Shown in pieces: positions 1 through 11,994 of a DNA stretch of 32,649 bases. Each line of letters opens with the position of its first letter. Position 1 is the stretch's first letter. The stretch lies in assembly GCA_904063045.1 (NCBI GenBank), contig CAJFCJ010000127.1, positions 1 through 32,649 on the forward strand, in the 5' to 3' direction. Under the pieces are notes generated by a model. It made no database searches, was not told where the DNA came from, and saw only the letters and a program-made list of their open reading frames with translations. Source of the DNA: Dimorphilus gyrociliatus (taxonomy: Eukaryota; Animalia; Annelida). A program made the position numbers and the translations under genes.

Positions 1-1568
1 CAATGCAAAGATCATTACTTTGAATTATTTTTGAGCAATCAACTTGAATATTCGATTTCCAGGTTGTTACTATTTAAATTAAGTTTGCATCCTTATGAAT
101 CCAAAATAATCTATTAATTCAGTATTTTTTTAAATGTGAAAGAAACTGTTTGCTTTCGTTTAAAATTTTACAACGTCTACAGTATTCTTAGCTAGTATAA
201 TCTTTTCAAAAAAGAAATACCTGAAAGTAACTTTTTCTCTTTTATCAGAGTCAACGAGTTAATGAAAATAACTATAAAGAGATATTTTTGTATTTGTTTG
301 TACATTTGCTGTATGAATAAGAGAAAAAAGAAATATATAGATCATATACATAAAAACTGAATAGCCATAGGCTCTTTCTCCACAGTTGAAATGTAAATCA
401 CTCGTTTTCAGAAATTCCTCCTTTATCCAGCATGCTGTGTTCAGGTATCATTATATGTATTATGTGCATGTAAACGCACATACATTTTTTAACATCCCCG
501 TACGAAGTTTTTATGATTGGCAGTCTTTGAGATAAGACGCTTGAGACGCATATGCTTCCTTTTCTGACGAAAGACAATTTTTATAATTTATGTTTTGTAT
601 TTATTGCGCAAGGCTGGGATATTACACGTTTGTATATATCCGCTTTTGCTTATTTCAAAATGTAGTCTGTCCAACAAGAAATGTGATATCATATGCTTTA
701 GTGCTTGTATGAACTGCTTAAAATGTTATTTCATGTTATTCTTTGAAAATTGAATTCAGCTCTCTCATTCCTGATTAGTTAAAAAATTTTTGTTAAATAC
801 TTTTGCGGTATGTTAGATAAGCTTGACATTCTGTTTAACATAACTATTGAGTAGAATAATATATTTAGACTCCAATATCACCTATTCAAATTACCTAACA
901 GCTTAGTTTTAGCATATCCCTTGATCCTCGATTATCTATGATCAAAAAAGTAGTAAATAATCGTTGCTTTTAATTTTGCAATTATATTTGCTGTATACAT
1001 CCTTTCAAACTGAAACAGGTTTTTGAGATTGATATGAATTTAAGAAAGATGAAAACTCAATTAATTGTTCAATGGAAGTCCTAAAGGGCTTGATAATTAG
1101 TTTTTATAAGGCCATTTTCTCTAAGGTATCGTCTTATTAATTTAGATTTCTTACTGGAATTGTTGGAAAAAGTGAGAATTGATCATACTTGTATTTAAGC
1201 AAGCATAAAATATATTCATGCTATTTTCTCGTTAAAAAACGTTTGGAATTTTTTCCCCTTCCAAAAAATATAGGGATACAAAACAAGAAACCACAGGAAA
1301 AGCAAGTCAAATTTAGAAAATATCAATCATAGTGTGTTGAAGATTTTCATCTTCAGGAGAACCGCTGATAGTAGAGATCAATCCATTACTCCTTTCAATA
1401 TTTGGCTATTGAAAGAATTGCTTTTCAAAGCCTATTTAAATTATTAAAAGAAAATTCTATCTGACTATCTATTAGTCTGTCAATTATGATAAGCGTAAAT
1501 GATCAAATCAATATTCTTTATAAGTACATTAATTTATATAGCCGTATTTTTAGCCGTAATGTATAATG

Positions 1569-1642
1569 GCTTCCATAGCTCAGTTGGTTAGAGCGTCGTG
1601 CTAATAACGCGAATGTCCTGGGTTCGACCCCCAGTGGGAGCA
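1569..1642 (+). tRNA. trnI: tRNA-Ile (anticodon AAT), intronless
   Basis: Full cloverleaf: acceptor GCTTCCA/TGGGAGC plus discriminator A73, D arm GCTC-AGTTGGTTA-GAGC, anticodon arm TCGTG-CTAATAA-CGCGA, T arm CTGGG-TTCGACC-CCCAG. No encoded CCA. T-runs downstream (Pol III terminator) and TATATA at 1535-1540. Confidence 0.95.
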
Positions 1643-2646
1643 AAGTTATTTTAATCTTTTTTCTTAACGTTTACGAATGAACAATCGGATAAAGGAAAGA
1701 CACAGTCCATCATACCTTTTTGGGGAATATCATACGAGAGAGCGATATAGGATTTTTTGAAATTGTATCCAGTAAACAAAAAAAAACAAAGCAGTTTTCT
1801 GCTAACTGAATAGTTGGAAGGATAACCCTTACATATTAAAAAGTGTTAACATATATTGCAAATTTGAAGAAGAAAAAAGAAAAAATGTGCTTAAAAACAA
1901 GACAATTCAAAATATTAACTAATCACGTGACAGCAATAACGAAGTGTTGATAAGTTGATATAAAAAGCGTACTAGACATATTTAAGTTTTTTGTTGGATA
2001 GTTTTTCGATAGTTTCGTCCTTAAAATTAATACCATTATTTTAAAATCGCATTTGCATTTTAGTCTATTAAAAAATATTTTTAGCATGGTTCCCATTCCA
2101 CACACGTTTAGATTAAAATGAAATGCTTGCTTTAAGGAACGAATAAAATAATACTGCAATTATACTCGTCTTCTGCATATAAAAATATGAAATATACTGT
2201 AGTTACAAACGTATGTATAAGTTATCTGCAAGTTATTGTCTATTCAACACCAGTGAACTATATTTGACTATTTTTGCCTACAAAGTAGGATAATTAGGAT
2301 AATTGAAATTCTCTAGAATTCGCTCAAATGATCTTGTAGCCTTTCACTATTCTTAATCTTTTAGTTGCTTCCGAATTATATATTTTGAGATCTTTAAGGT
2401 ACAATTTAAATGAAACTAGACATATTATAAACAAACTTGTAAAATTTGATCTTGGTGACAATAATTTGTTTTAGTAAACCAGATTATTTTTGATTCAAGT
2501 TTAGTGTAACATTTATACTATAATTAAAAGATCTAAATATTTAAATTTACACTTTGAATAAATCAGAACAGTTTACAATCCGTAAACGCTCTTGGGAGCA
2601 GTGGACAAGGGGTAAACTTTGGGCCTTAGTTAAGATTAGTTCTAAG

Positions 2647-2851
2647 GGGCTCGACCGAAAACGTCCCCAAATAAGAAATTTCAAAACTAGATTTTGGATT
2701 GAAAAGTGGTTAGGAAGACAAAAATAGCAACTGATCTGTACTTAAGAGGGTTTCATCTAAGGGTTACGGGTAATGAAAGGTTAGGTATAGACAAGGGCTG
2801 GGTTAGGTTTAGGGTAAAAGCAGAGATTTGTGGACGGTTTCTGTTGCATCC
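2647..2851 (+). mobile_element. MITE copy A (Mutator-like, 9-bp TSD, GGTTAG-rich core)
   Basis: Inverted arms gaaaacgtccccaaat (2657-2672) and atttgtggacggtttc (2826-2841) match 14/16. Termini GG...CC. Flanks agttctaag (2638-2646) and atttctaag (2852-2860) match 8/9. Internal sequence aligns with copies B, C and D. Confidence 0.8.
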
Positions 2852-3474
2852 ATTTCTAAGATCAGGGAAATATAAAATGTATTACTTTCACACTGTGATA
2901 GGGCTAAAATAAGATGGCATACTATACATTTCGGTTTGAAAACTGGTAAGTTAAGGTTATTATAAAAAAGGAAAAATTGCAGATGCTTTCTCCAGCAGCT
3001 AAGCCCCTTCTGGCACAGGCTGATGTAATTGACAATTTCTAATATGGATGTCTGGAGTGCTTTTTTTATTAATATTAAATCTTCTATTTCATTTGTAAGT
3101 ATTTTTCTATTACGAGGAAATAAAAATCAATTCAATTACTTGTAAAATAACTAAATAAAAATGTTTGATTTGAAAGTGAATAGTTTTTAAAGGTACTTTT
3201 TTAAAATGATAATGGTCAGCCATTGAAACTCGTACATGTTTTTGGAGTTTTACTTTTACCCTAATCCAACAGGTTAACTCGCCGTTTTGTGCATCTAGTC
3301 TGAAAGAATGTTGCTTGCACTCTGACCTTCATAGAATACGCATCTCCAAGAAGGTCCATAATCTTAAATATCAATCGTTCATTCCTCATATGATACAATA
3401 TATTAATATAATTTATAAATAAACTACAGTCATTTCTTTGCTAAGAAATGGAAGATTTGTGAGAAGAAAAGCCT

Positions 3475-3658
3475 CGATTATCCTGAATTATGCAAGTGTG
3501 ACACTGTTTCTTCGTTTGCTAGCTTATACTCTAACGCTATCCTGGCTCTTGGTTTGCCTAGCCATTTCAATGAAACCTTCAGATGGTATCCTAACCATTT
3601 TTCAAACCAAAATCTAATTTCCAAATATCTCATTTTGTGGACGATTTCCATCAGCACT
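3475..3658 (-). mobile_element. MITE copy C (degraded)
   Basis: The reverse complement carries aaatcgtccacaaaatgagatatttggaaattagattttggtttgaaaaatggttagga, clearly homologous to copies A and B. Candidate TSD gaaaagcct (3466-3474) / gaaaagcag (3659-3667) matches 7/9 and gives 184 bp, like B and D. The left terminus is degraded. Confidence 0.55.
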
Positions 3659-5289
3659 GAAAAGCAGTTGTCCGCTATTATAGTTGTCATGGTTGCTAAT
3701 TTCTATAATGGTATACATGTGAACTAAGATTTTGAAAACATAATCGTATTAAATTTTTATAATGACCTTGTCTTAAGAGCTGCTTTATATCTCAACACAT
3801 ACTTTTTATTTCAAGAAATTAAATGTGGAAAGAAGAGAGGAATAATATAAAAAAATTTTCCTGAAAGTTTCATATATATTACTACAGAGGGATTGTATTC
3901 ACAGCGTGAATTTAGTAAAACAGTATGTTTAAACAAACATAAACTATTCTCAGCCAGACAAATATTTTACGGCCAATAAGAGCCGTGCAAGAACCTCCGC
4001 AGGTTCTAGGATCACCATGTTCAGCAAAAATTCAAACTTTTCAGTTTTCCACATCAACAGAAAGACCAGCGGCAGTATTAACAGAGTGAAATAGATTGGA
4101 TAAAGATAAGCTTATTACAATTTTTAATAGTATAATCTTCTTCATCTTGTACTCTATATAGATCTAATGCTTGTTTCCTTTAAATTAAGTTCAGAATATA
4201 TTGCTGCTATTGCTGCAGAATTTGAAAGAAAAAATGTATACATAAACTGTAATAATGATTATTATAATATCAGAGGGTAAGATAGTTAAATATCAATGTA
4301 TTTTCAAGATATTGACAATTTTAAGGTTGAAATAAAGAAATAGTATCAAACAATTAGGCAATTGATTGTTAAGAAGACAGAAATTATCCTATAATAATTA
4401 TTAGTATGTAACGACCAAAAACAAATGAAATACTTGAATAATAGAAGAAAAAGTGAACTAATTATAGATTCTCCAGAACTTAACAGAGATGGAAAGTTTA
4501 CATATGCAAATTAACGTTCTTAAAATTCTCATAATTTATCATAAAGAGAAAAAGATATATTTTTTATAAAACTGGTACTATTAGTATTGAAAATAACTGT
4601 CTATGTTGCTAGATGATGTTCACATATAAGATCTAGTTTTGGAACTTTGGTAAGAAATTTTAAGAGTCACAATATTTTTTCCTAATTTTTTCTCAATTTC
4701 AACAAAAATTTATTCAGGAAGGGAAATGTGACGTCATTCATCTTTCTACAATATTTGTCATTCATATACATGTGAAAATCAATCTATCGAAAAAATAGTT
4801 ATTGGTATTCACTGCGTTATTCATTTATCCTATTAATTGTTAAAATGAAGATCTTTTAGTTATAAAACCTAACCTGACAGTTAACAAGATTCTTTCCATT
4901 TTGTGTTTGCTGACCCTCGGTTCAGCCCTACATGACCAGAAAAAGTTTGGCTAACTCTATAAATACCTCCTTTTTTACATTAAACTTTAACCTACTGGAA
5001 CACTTTCTGCCAGCCCTATATACTTTATACTCACTGCATATCATGCAGTTTTTTTATCAGTATCAATTATCTTTATAAAACTCCTTTTATCGTTCAATAT
5101 ATAGAGAAGAAATAATATCTTTCAATTGTAGACGAATTGAGGGATATATTTGCATTTGGTTGCTTTTATATCTATTAAATTCTCTAGTTCGGAAATCCCA
5201 GTTTTTGCCACTAATTTTCCCCTGTTAATAAGAAAAGAACTTTTGAAAATTGCTGAATTGTGTGAAAAATCACAGGTATATATTCCATT

Positions 5290-6650
5290 TTGAACATAGC
5301 ATATGTAAGAAGGAGGTTGTTAGTTCTGATAGCAAGATCAAAGACAGGCTAACTGGTGTTCAAATTGAATGTTTTATCCGGAAAATTCATGGTTTAACCC
5401 TAACCCTAACCTACCCCTTGTCTCTAACCTTTCTGATTATCTCTAATCCTTAGATGGAATCCCCCTAACAATAAATCAGAAGCTACTTTACTCCTCCTAA
5501 CCATTTTTCAATCCAAAATGTTGCTTTCAAAAATCTCACTTTGGGGACGTTTTTTGTCAGCGCCGTTTAATCCAAGTACTTTCAACTTATTGGAAAAAAT
5601 CTAAAAATTAATTTCTCTGAAAAGCTTTAGCTTTAAGCACATAAAAACTAGTTAGAAGCTTCAGCTGGAAGAAAAGGTAATGCAAAAACTTGCTTCAGAA
5701 GTCCTGCCTTCTTCTCGCTGAAATATTGCTGTGCATATCCCATATACTGCAATAATTTAATAAGATAAAACAAGGAATTTAAATAAAAGCTTATTTGAAT
5801 TTTTCTGTAGATGGCTTGTGGCAATGGAAGACACAATCTTGAATAGGAATATTAGGGTGAACTGAGATAAGAACACTTCATATACCTAATTCATAATCAA
5901 CTACAAATTTGTCAGGTTGAAAACCATTTCTTAATTTGTGAATCCTATGTTGTCAGTAACACATATTGCCTTAAATTCTTATCTATCAGAAATATTTCCT
6001 TTTGTTATGATTGTGTTCATGTTTACTCTTTCTGAAAATGTTTCCTTTTTGTTAAATAATAGCTGGACTTTGAACAATATTATTTCTAACAGAACATCTC
6101 CAGAGGGTTCTCTTGTCACTTTTAGATTTTACATTGAATGCATAGCCATTGTTTGTCAAAGTATCTTTAACTTTTAGCTCCCACCAATGATAATATGAAA
6201 TTCCTCAGAACTTTCCGTATTCTCATCATTTTCAGTTTCATTTTCATGCAATGAATTATCTTCAAAGTATTGTTGACTTCATTTTGACTACAATTTCTTA
6301 ATCATTAATCACATCTGATAATCTTATGAGACAATATCTACAATTCAAACTTTAGCATGAAGAACACTTATCACCTCTCTTTCTGTAATACTAAGCATAG
6401 TTAAATCAATGTATGTTTTTACATAGTAAATGTCACCTTTACAGGTATGATGACAAAGTGAACATATAATTTCTTTAATCCTCAACTTTTCTGCACAATT
6501 TTTGCAAAATATTTTTTAGATTCCAAATTATTAACAAAAAAAGTGTATAATTTAATAGAAACTTATAAACAGACAGACCTTTGATGTATTTAGCATGCAC
6601 ATATTCTTTCTAGTCACTGTATTTCATTTTTCTCTGTCTACCATAAAATC
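5290..6650 (-). pseudogene. Decayed Mutator/MULE transposase with PHD-like and FLYWCH-like zinc fingers
   Basis: Minus-strand motifs in the expected order across stops and frameshifts: PHD-like (YVHAK 6589-6600; FCKNC 6496-6510); FLYWCH-like NGYAF..KRTLWRCSVRN..HEHNH (~6000-6160); QPDKFVVDYE (DYE at 5890-5898); HPNIPIQDCVFH (CxxH; DCVFH at 5824-5838); QAIYRKIQ; ALPFLP; VESTWIK; (W)PVFDLAIRTNN (RTNN at 5316-5327). The first catalytic-D region is missing. Confidence 0.8.
5380..5564 (-). mobile_element. MITE copy B, inserted in the MULE transposase remnant
   Basis: The reverse complement aligns with copy A over ~170 bp and contains taaccctaaccctaacc. Flanks gttttatcc (5371-5379) and gtttaatcc (5565-5573) match 8/9. 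One TIR is partly deleted. Confidence 0.8.
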
Positions 6651-7866
6651 TTTTATTACAGTTGATACAAACAGATACCATTTATTAAATTTCTGTAGTC
6701 AAGAAATCCCCCTCCAAATATCAAATATAACTGCCAATACAAAAGTTATAAATACTATCTCACCAGAATAGAAAGGTTATTGAAAAATGGTATTATCTTG
6801 TGATATTCAAAAAATCAGTTCACTGCAAAGATTATCAATGCTCAAAAAACAAATTAACGTGAAAGTATGTCAAGAAATGTAAAATCTATCTTTCACTGAT
6901 AGACAATACAATGAAATAATTCATTGCTCTTTTAATATCATCACAGAATTCAGAGGAAACTGGTAAAAATATTTTTACAGTACATATTTCTTTCGTTAAA
7001 AATATTGATGCTTTATTTTATAATTGAAGCAAAAGTCACAGAGAAAATTATTTCCAATTAATAATATCAATAACTGAGTTCATCTTTACTTGCCCCAGAA
7101 CGTTTCTTCCTACCCTTGACCATATGTTGAACTGAGAATAGTAATAAAAACAATCTATTTTTCTTCTGGAAGAGATTTGAAAGTTTATGTGAATAGGAAT
7201 TTTTTAAATGATATTTTACAATATAAAACCATTAGAGGAAGCTTGTATAAAATGAACTGTTTGTTTTACAGACATTTTTATCAAGCTAAAACAAAGCTAG
7301 TTGCTAGTAGATGCTGCAGGCCAAGAGATTGGCCTCCATTGGAATCCATTCTTGCTACAATAATCGTTACAATATATTTTCATTTTACTGTAATTTAATA
7401 ATTATATCTAAATGTTGGAGAGAAATGAGAGACTTTAACTTTGTTTTCAACTGCTTTTTATTTTATTAGCCTAGCCCGAAATTTATTGTGTTTTAATTGT
7501 TTCTAACCCAAACTTTACCCTGAGTGGATTTCTACTGAAATTTGAGATTTATCTGAAAAAGTGATTCTTACAAAATTTGAATTTTGTTCATGAAGATATT
7601 TATATGCAGTACTCAATAAAATGTTCAAGAGTTTTTATGCCTTTTTTGTGTTTTAATCTCTGTCTTATTGTTAAACCTCTTAGAAGAAGAAATTTTTATA
7701 AACTTTTTAATTTTTTTGTTTTTATGAAATAGTATTTAAAATGGTAATTTGCCATACTAATATTTAGGAAAATTTTGTAGATTTTGTAGAAATTGTTCTT
7801 CTCAGAATGTTACATAATATTGATAAAAATATAACTTAACCAACGAGTCTATAAAGTATAGCATAC

Positions 7867-9196
7867 CTGCAACAAATTGAAATTCAATGGATACTGATAC
7901 ATATCCTGGATTTAGTAATGCCAATTTTATTTCATCTCCAATATGGAAATCTTCGTTTGATAAATTGACTGTAGTAGCCTGTTATTTATGCATATAAAAA
8001 ATAACAGTTGTTTTAAATATATTTAAATATTTACAGATTGTCTACTGTTTGTAACAGTATTTGCTATAGCATGGCCTTGACCTTTTTTGTGAATAATTGC
8101 TATAATATCATAAGGTTCAATTCGAAAAGATTTATCTTTCAAATAAAAAGTATCCATTCCAATTTTTCCAGTAGGTATATCTACAATACTTTGAAGCTTA
8201 TACGTTAAAGAATCATCATCATCATCACTATCTTTAACTTTCCTCCATAATGATAAAAATGTTAATACATTATATTTTCTATAGAATTTAACAACTGGTA
8301 TATAACCTCTACAGGGAAAGTTGATATAGGTTAAGAATACTGTCAAATATCCAAGATTATTATCTCTATCAATTACTTCCGCACCAAATATCCTTTCTCT
8401 TAAATGTTTACAAATCGAAATTTCATCTATTATTTTTTGTAAATAGAAATCAAAGCGTTATATTTATATTTAAAAAATATTTTCATTTAAAAATTTACCA
8501 TAGACTTGTTCGGGTATAAAATGAATATTTAGAGCGTAATATTTATAATAAGGATCCCTTGTTATTGTAGCATTTTTATAGAGTGGTAACTCAATATTAT
8601 ATCTTTGTAAATAGGACACAACCTTCAAAAACAGACAGAAAAATGTTTCAATGGGCTTTATTACATTTTGTTATGTTTACTTTATTCATTGGCGCTACGT
8701 ATCTTTCTGTAACGATTGGATGGTAAGTGTTTTCATCAAAATCAAAAGCTGGTCTATCTTTAACTGTAACTGATATTGGTATTTCAAAATGAATTGTTCT
8801 TTTTCCAATTGCGGAAGATTTTGGTATTTTAAACCAAGATCTCCTTTGAATTTTCCACTCGGCATTAGTTTTTGAAATATTTCTCCAAGTTCCAAAATAA
8901 AAATCATTATTTACACCATTATTCCAAAATGTTATTGAAGTAATGTAACCAGCACAAGGAAAATCAAAATCCAGCAGCATGTTGAAATTATCAGCACTAG
9001 AATAACTGGAATATCTTAAAGGTTTACCAAGAGTTTTATTCAAATTGCACAAAGAAGATGATTGACTTGGTATAACTAAATAATTAAAACACATTTCAAC
9101 AAACTTTTCAAAAGTAATCTTGTAAATCTATTTTCTTCCCTTACCATTGTAAATTAGAAAACACATCAAAGTGCTGAAAAGCAGGTTTTCTTTCAT
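7867..9196 (-). CDS. Secreted protein with two tandem uncharacterised ~165-aa modules (>=358 aa; 3' end unresolved)
   Basis: Exons 9196-9145, 9075-8681, 8622-8499, 8426-8035 and 7978-7867 have GT-AG introns of 69/58/72/56 nt that keep the frame. Signal-peptide-like start MKENLLFSTLMCFLIYNVIPSQS. Repeated motif LLDFDFPCAGYITSITFW..FGTWR / LTYINFPCRGYIPVVKFY..LSLWR. Confidence 0.8.
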
Positions 9197-9516
9197 AGTT
9201 TATCCCTATCTCTATCTCTAATTCTTTCTCTATCGTTCTTTCTTTTGTTATGACGATTGAGATAGGGTTTTACCTTTATGTCAATTACTTAATTGTTTAT
9301 TACTAAAATGTCTTAATTAAGCCTGATGAGTTTCATTCATAAAACAAATTGGAAAATGGATTTTGTAAACAATTGCAATCATCTTCTTTTCACCCTTTGA
9401 AAACAATCAATTTATGAATTATATAAATTTACTAATGAGCAACTCACTTATCTCGATGAAAAATATCAATTATGTTAAATAAGTTACGCTAAGTAACGTT
9501 TACAATAACCAACAGA

Positions 9517-9539
9517 GGGCGTGGCCTTCCTTTATAAAA
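9517..9539. promoter_or_regulatory. Possible promoter elements (GC box and TATA-like motif) in a local GC-rich patch
   Basis: GGGCGTGGC (SP/KLF-type GC box, 9517-9525) next to TATAAAA (9533-9539), ~330 bp upstream of the ATG at 9196. Motif match only. Confidence 0.25.
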
Positions 9540-10479
9540 CGTAACGTAATACGAACTCCCGCAAGGTGGCTCCCTGCGTATACGATCAGTAACTGAAATT
9601 TTCTTAAAGTTCTAAAAGTAAAATCTAATCCCATTTTTATCATGTTTCAATGATGATACGTCTTTCAGTTCTATAAGTGCATCTGGAATATTCTTAATGA
9701 ACAAATTTCAGGACAATATGCATTGTTTATTTCAGGTATTTGAATTTGCACCTAATACTCCACTCAAAGCTTTAACTTAAGCCTTAATTGTACCAGGCTT
9801 AGCCTCTCATTCAAAATCGATGTAATAAATAAGAATAAAAGTATTTGAATTTTTCTTTTTAGAAAACATTCTTTGATGGTAAATATATTCAAGTTTGTAG
9901 AATTGAACTTCATAATAAGAGAAATATTCAAATTTAAAAAATTCAATAAATCAAGCACATTTTTCACAATTGAACAGGATATTTTTCCTTCTAGATCTGG
10001 TATTTTAAATTGATTACAAATCTTCAAAAGTTCATTTCTTAAAAAAATTACATCAAGTTCATTTGTCATTTTAGTTGTTAAATAAACAAAAATTAATTTT
10101 CCAATTAGTTTACTATGAGTATCTAAATTTAGCGGAAAATAGGAAAGTGTTTTTTCGCACATTTTCATTTTTGAGAAATCTTCGAAAAGAAAATATACAA
10201 AAAATTTCAATCAACTTTGACTTTTTCCAGATGAAATTTTCAGAATATAAAATATTTTGTTACTAAAAGAGTAATAAAATACGAAGAATTAATTAGTTAA
10301 TAATTAATTAGTTATGTCATATTGTTGGAAAATAAAATTAAAAACCTTAAAGTATTATAGAAAAAAAAGAGGGTCAAAAAAGAGATTATAGATGTTGAAT
10401 GAATAAAGTAAAGAAGAAAATTTTATAGAAATATGAGTATTATGAACATTCATTCTTCAGATCAATTTCTGTTTTTAGA

Positions 10480-10860
10480 TTAAGTTTGCTTATCTCTCTG
10501 CTTATCAATGTTAAGATTCTTGTTTTTTATTGGCAATTTATTGATATCTTTTGTCCAGCGAGAAATCTTTAAAGGCAAATAATCTTAAACAATACCAGAA
10601 TAGACACAATAGAATATAAAGTTAGTCATGTGAATAAGATGAACTAATATAATTATTATTTCAGATGGCAATTTACTATTTAAATTTTTCCCTCCAAATA
10701 ATATGACCTCTAATCTAATGAGGCTAATAATCATTAGAATATTTAATAGCGCCATTGAAAAGCATGGCAAAATATTATACATAATAATAATAATTAACTG
10801 TAATTCCATGATAGATGAAATGTTGATTTGTAAAATCATTTCGGGTATTTTGAAAAAGCA
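10480..10860 (-). pseudogene. Fragment of a rhodopsin-class (peptide-receptor-like) GPCR
   Basis: TM5-like MYNILPCFSMALLNILMIISLIR followed by TM7-like LVHLIHMTNFIFYCVYSG, then a premature stop and a polar tail. TM6 appears absent and there is a probable frameshift upstream. Confidence 0.45.
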
Positions 10861-10897
10861 CGTGTAATTTATGTATCTCCTTCATTTGATATAAAAG

Positions 10898-11480
10898 TAG
10901 TGCGCAAAAATTTTGATACACCGTAAATTTTGATAGGCCGAATATTAAAAACCTTTTTCACCTTTGTGAAAAAAAGATTTCTTTTTTTATTTTTTCTGTC
11001 TATATATACCAATATCTTCTAAATAGGATTTACATAAATTTTTATATAACTTTTTTGGTTTGATACTATGTATTGTTTTATTGATTTTTTTCTTATTTGG
11101 CCGGGCTGCATAATAATTGGTACAGGGGTTTAATGTTCATATTTTTTCTATTTTTAATGTAACCTCTCTCGTTTTCGAAACACTTGCCCCATTCCCCTGC
11201 ATAAATTTGGTCCATGTTCTGAAGTTATCAGGGCCACTCAGTGAGAATCTAGCCTCGTTGGTGAAAATTACTTTAGACCAGTCTAGATTATCACTGATCA
11301 TCTTAAGGCAATACGTTTTTCCACCTGCTAGCTGAAACTTCACAAAGTGTTGTATTTTAAATAAATTCTTTAAATTGTCTTTGAATATTACTTCAGTAAC
11401 TTCCTGTAATGCACGAAATTAAATAATTACTCTCTGCTTTATACCACCAGTCATATCTTGCCACTTAATGACTTTTTATT
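10898..11480 (-). mobile_element. Tc1/mariner (Tc1/Tc3-like) remnant 1
   Basis: WSKVIFTNEARFSLSGPD matches the Tc1/Tc3 first-D motif (W.KVIFSDE..F.L.GPD) with D>N. The terminal region shares the 22-mer acaccgtaaattttgataggcc (10918-10939) and ttcttatttggcc (11090-11102) with remnant 2. Boundaries are approximate. Confidence 0.75.
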
Positions 11481-11994
11481 TAAAGATTTATATGTCGGAG
11501 AAAGGTTTTTATAACAGTAAATTTTTCATTAATGATAATAATATAGATTTACAGTGCACGATTTTAAACTTGCAGCAAAACGATTAAAATTTTAAGAGTA
11601 TCCCTAATATATTGGTGTATATATAAATATACTATATATAGTATATCATTTGTTAATATTTAGATAGAACAGATTAAAAAGTTGACAGTTATCAAAAATA
11701 TCTCTGAACACGACTGACTGCGATTTTTTTGTTTTAATAAACGGTGTGATTTGTAGTTCAAATGTGTCGCATGACAGTATAAGGTTAATTTAGAATAAAT
11801 TAGAAAACTAATTGGTTGGTTCAGTATTCTGTTTGAGTCATTAAGCTTTAATCTAAGACTTTTATCAAAAGTTAAGCTTTTTAATCTTATCAGAGACAAA
11901 AAGTAATTTATCTGTATTGCTATCTCTCTGTTAACCTGTCTAAGCTTATAAAACTAAACTACAATTACTACATTATATTTTTTGCAACTTTAGA

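Noticed and set aside
2706-3690. ORFs 2706-2912 and 3478-3690, also 5250-5453
   Set aside because: Chance frames running through MITE copies, with no protein motifs.
4470-4484. SPELN peptide resembling the Tc1/IS630 SPDLNPIE motif
   Set aside because: The flanking residues do not fit and no other transposase motifs are nearby.
5395-5412. Interstitial telomere array (TTAGGG units here and at ~24742-24756)
   Set aside because: Only 2-3 units, embedded in TIR/TSD-bounded MITEs. It is not a telomere or fusion site.
5290-6650. RIP-like targeted C>T mutation in the MULE remnant
   Set aside because: The inferred G>A lesions occur in mixed dinucleotide contexts, and ancestral states are guessed from consensus. 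General AT-biased mutation is enough to explain them.
9764-10210. 148-codon minus-strand ORF
   Set aside because: Low-complexity and AT-rich with no recognisable motif or convincing splice structure. There is only a faint LRR-like stretch downstream.
11627-11646. 20-bp perfect palindrome atatactatatatagtatat
   Set aside because: Low-complexity TA-rich sequence, expected in this composition.
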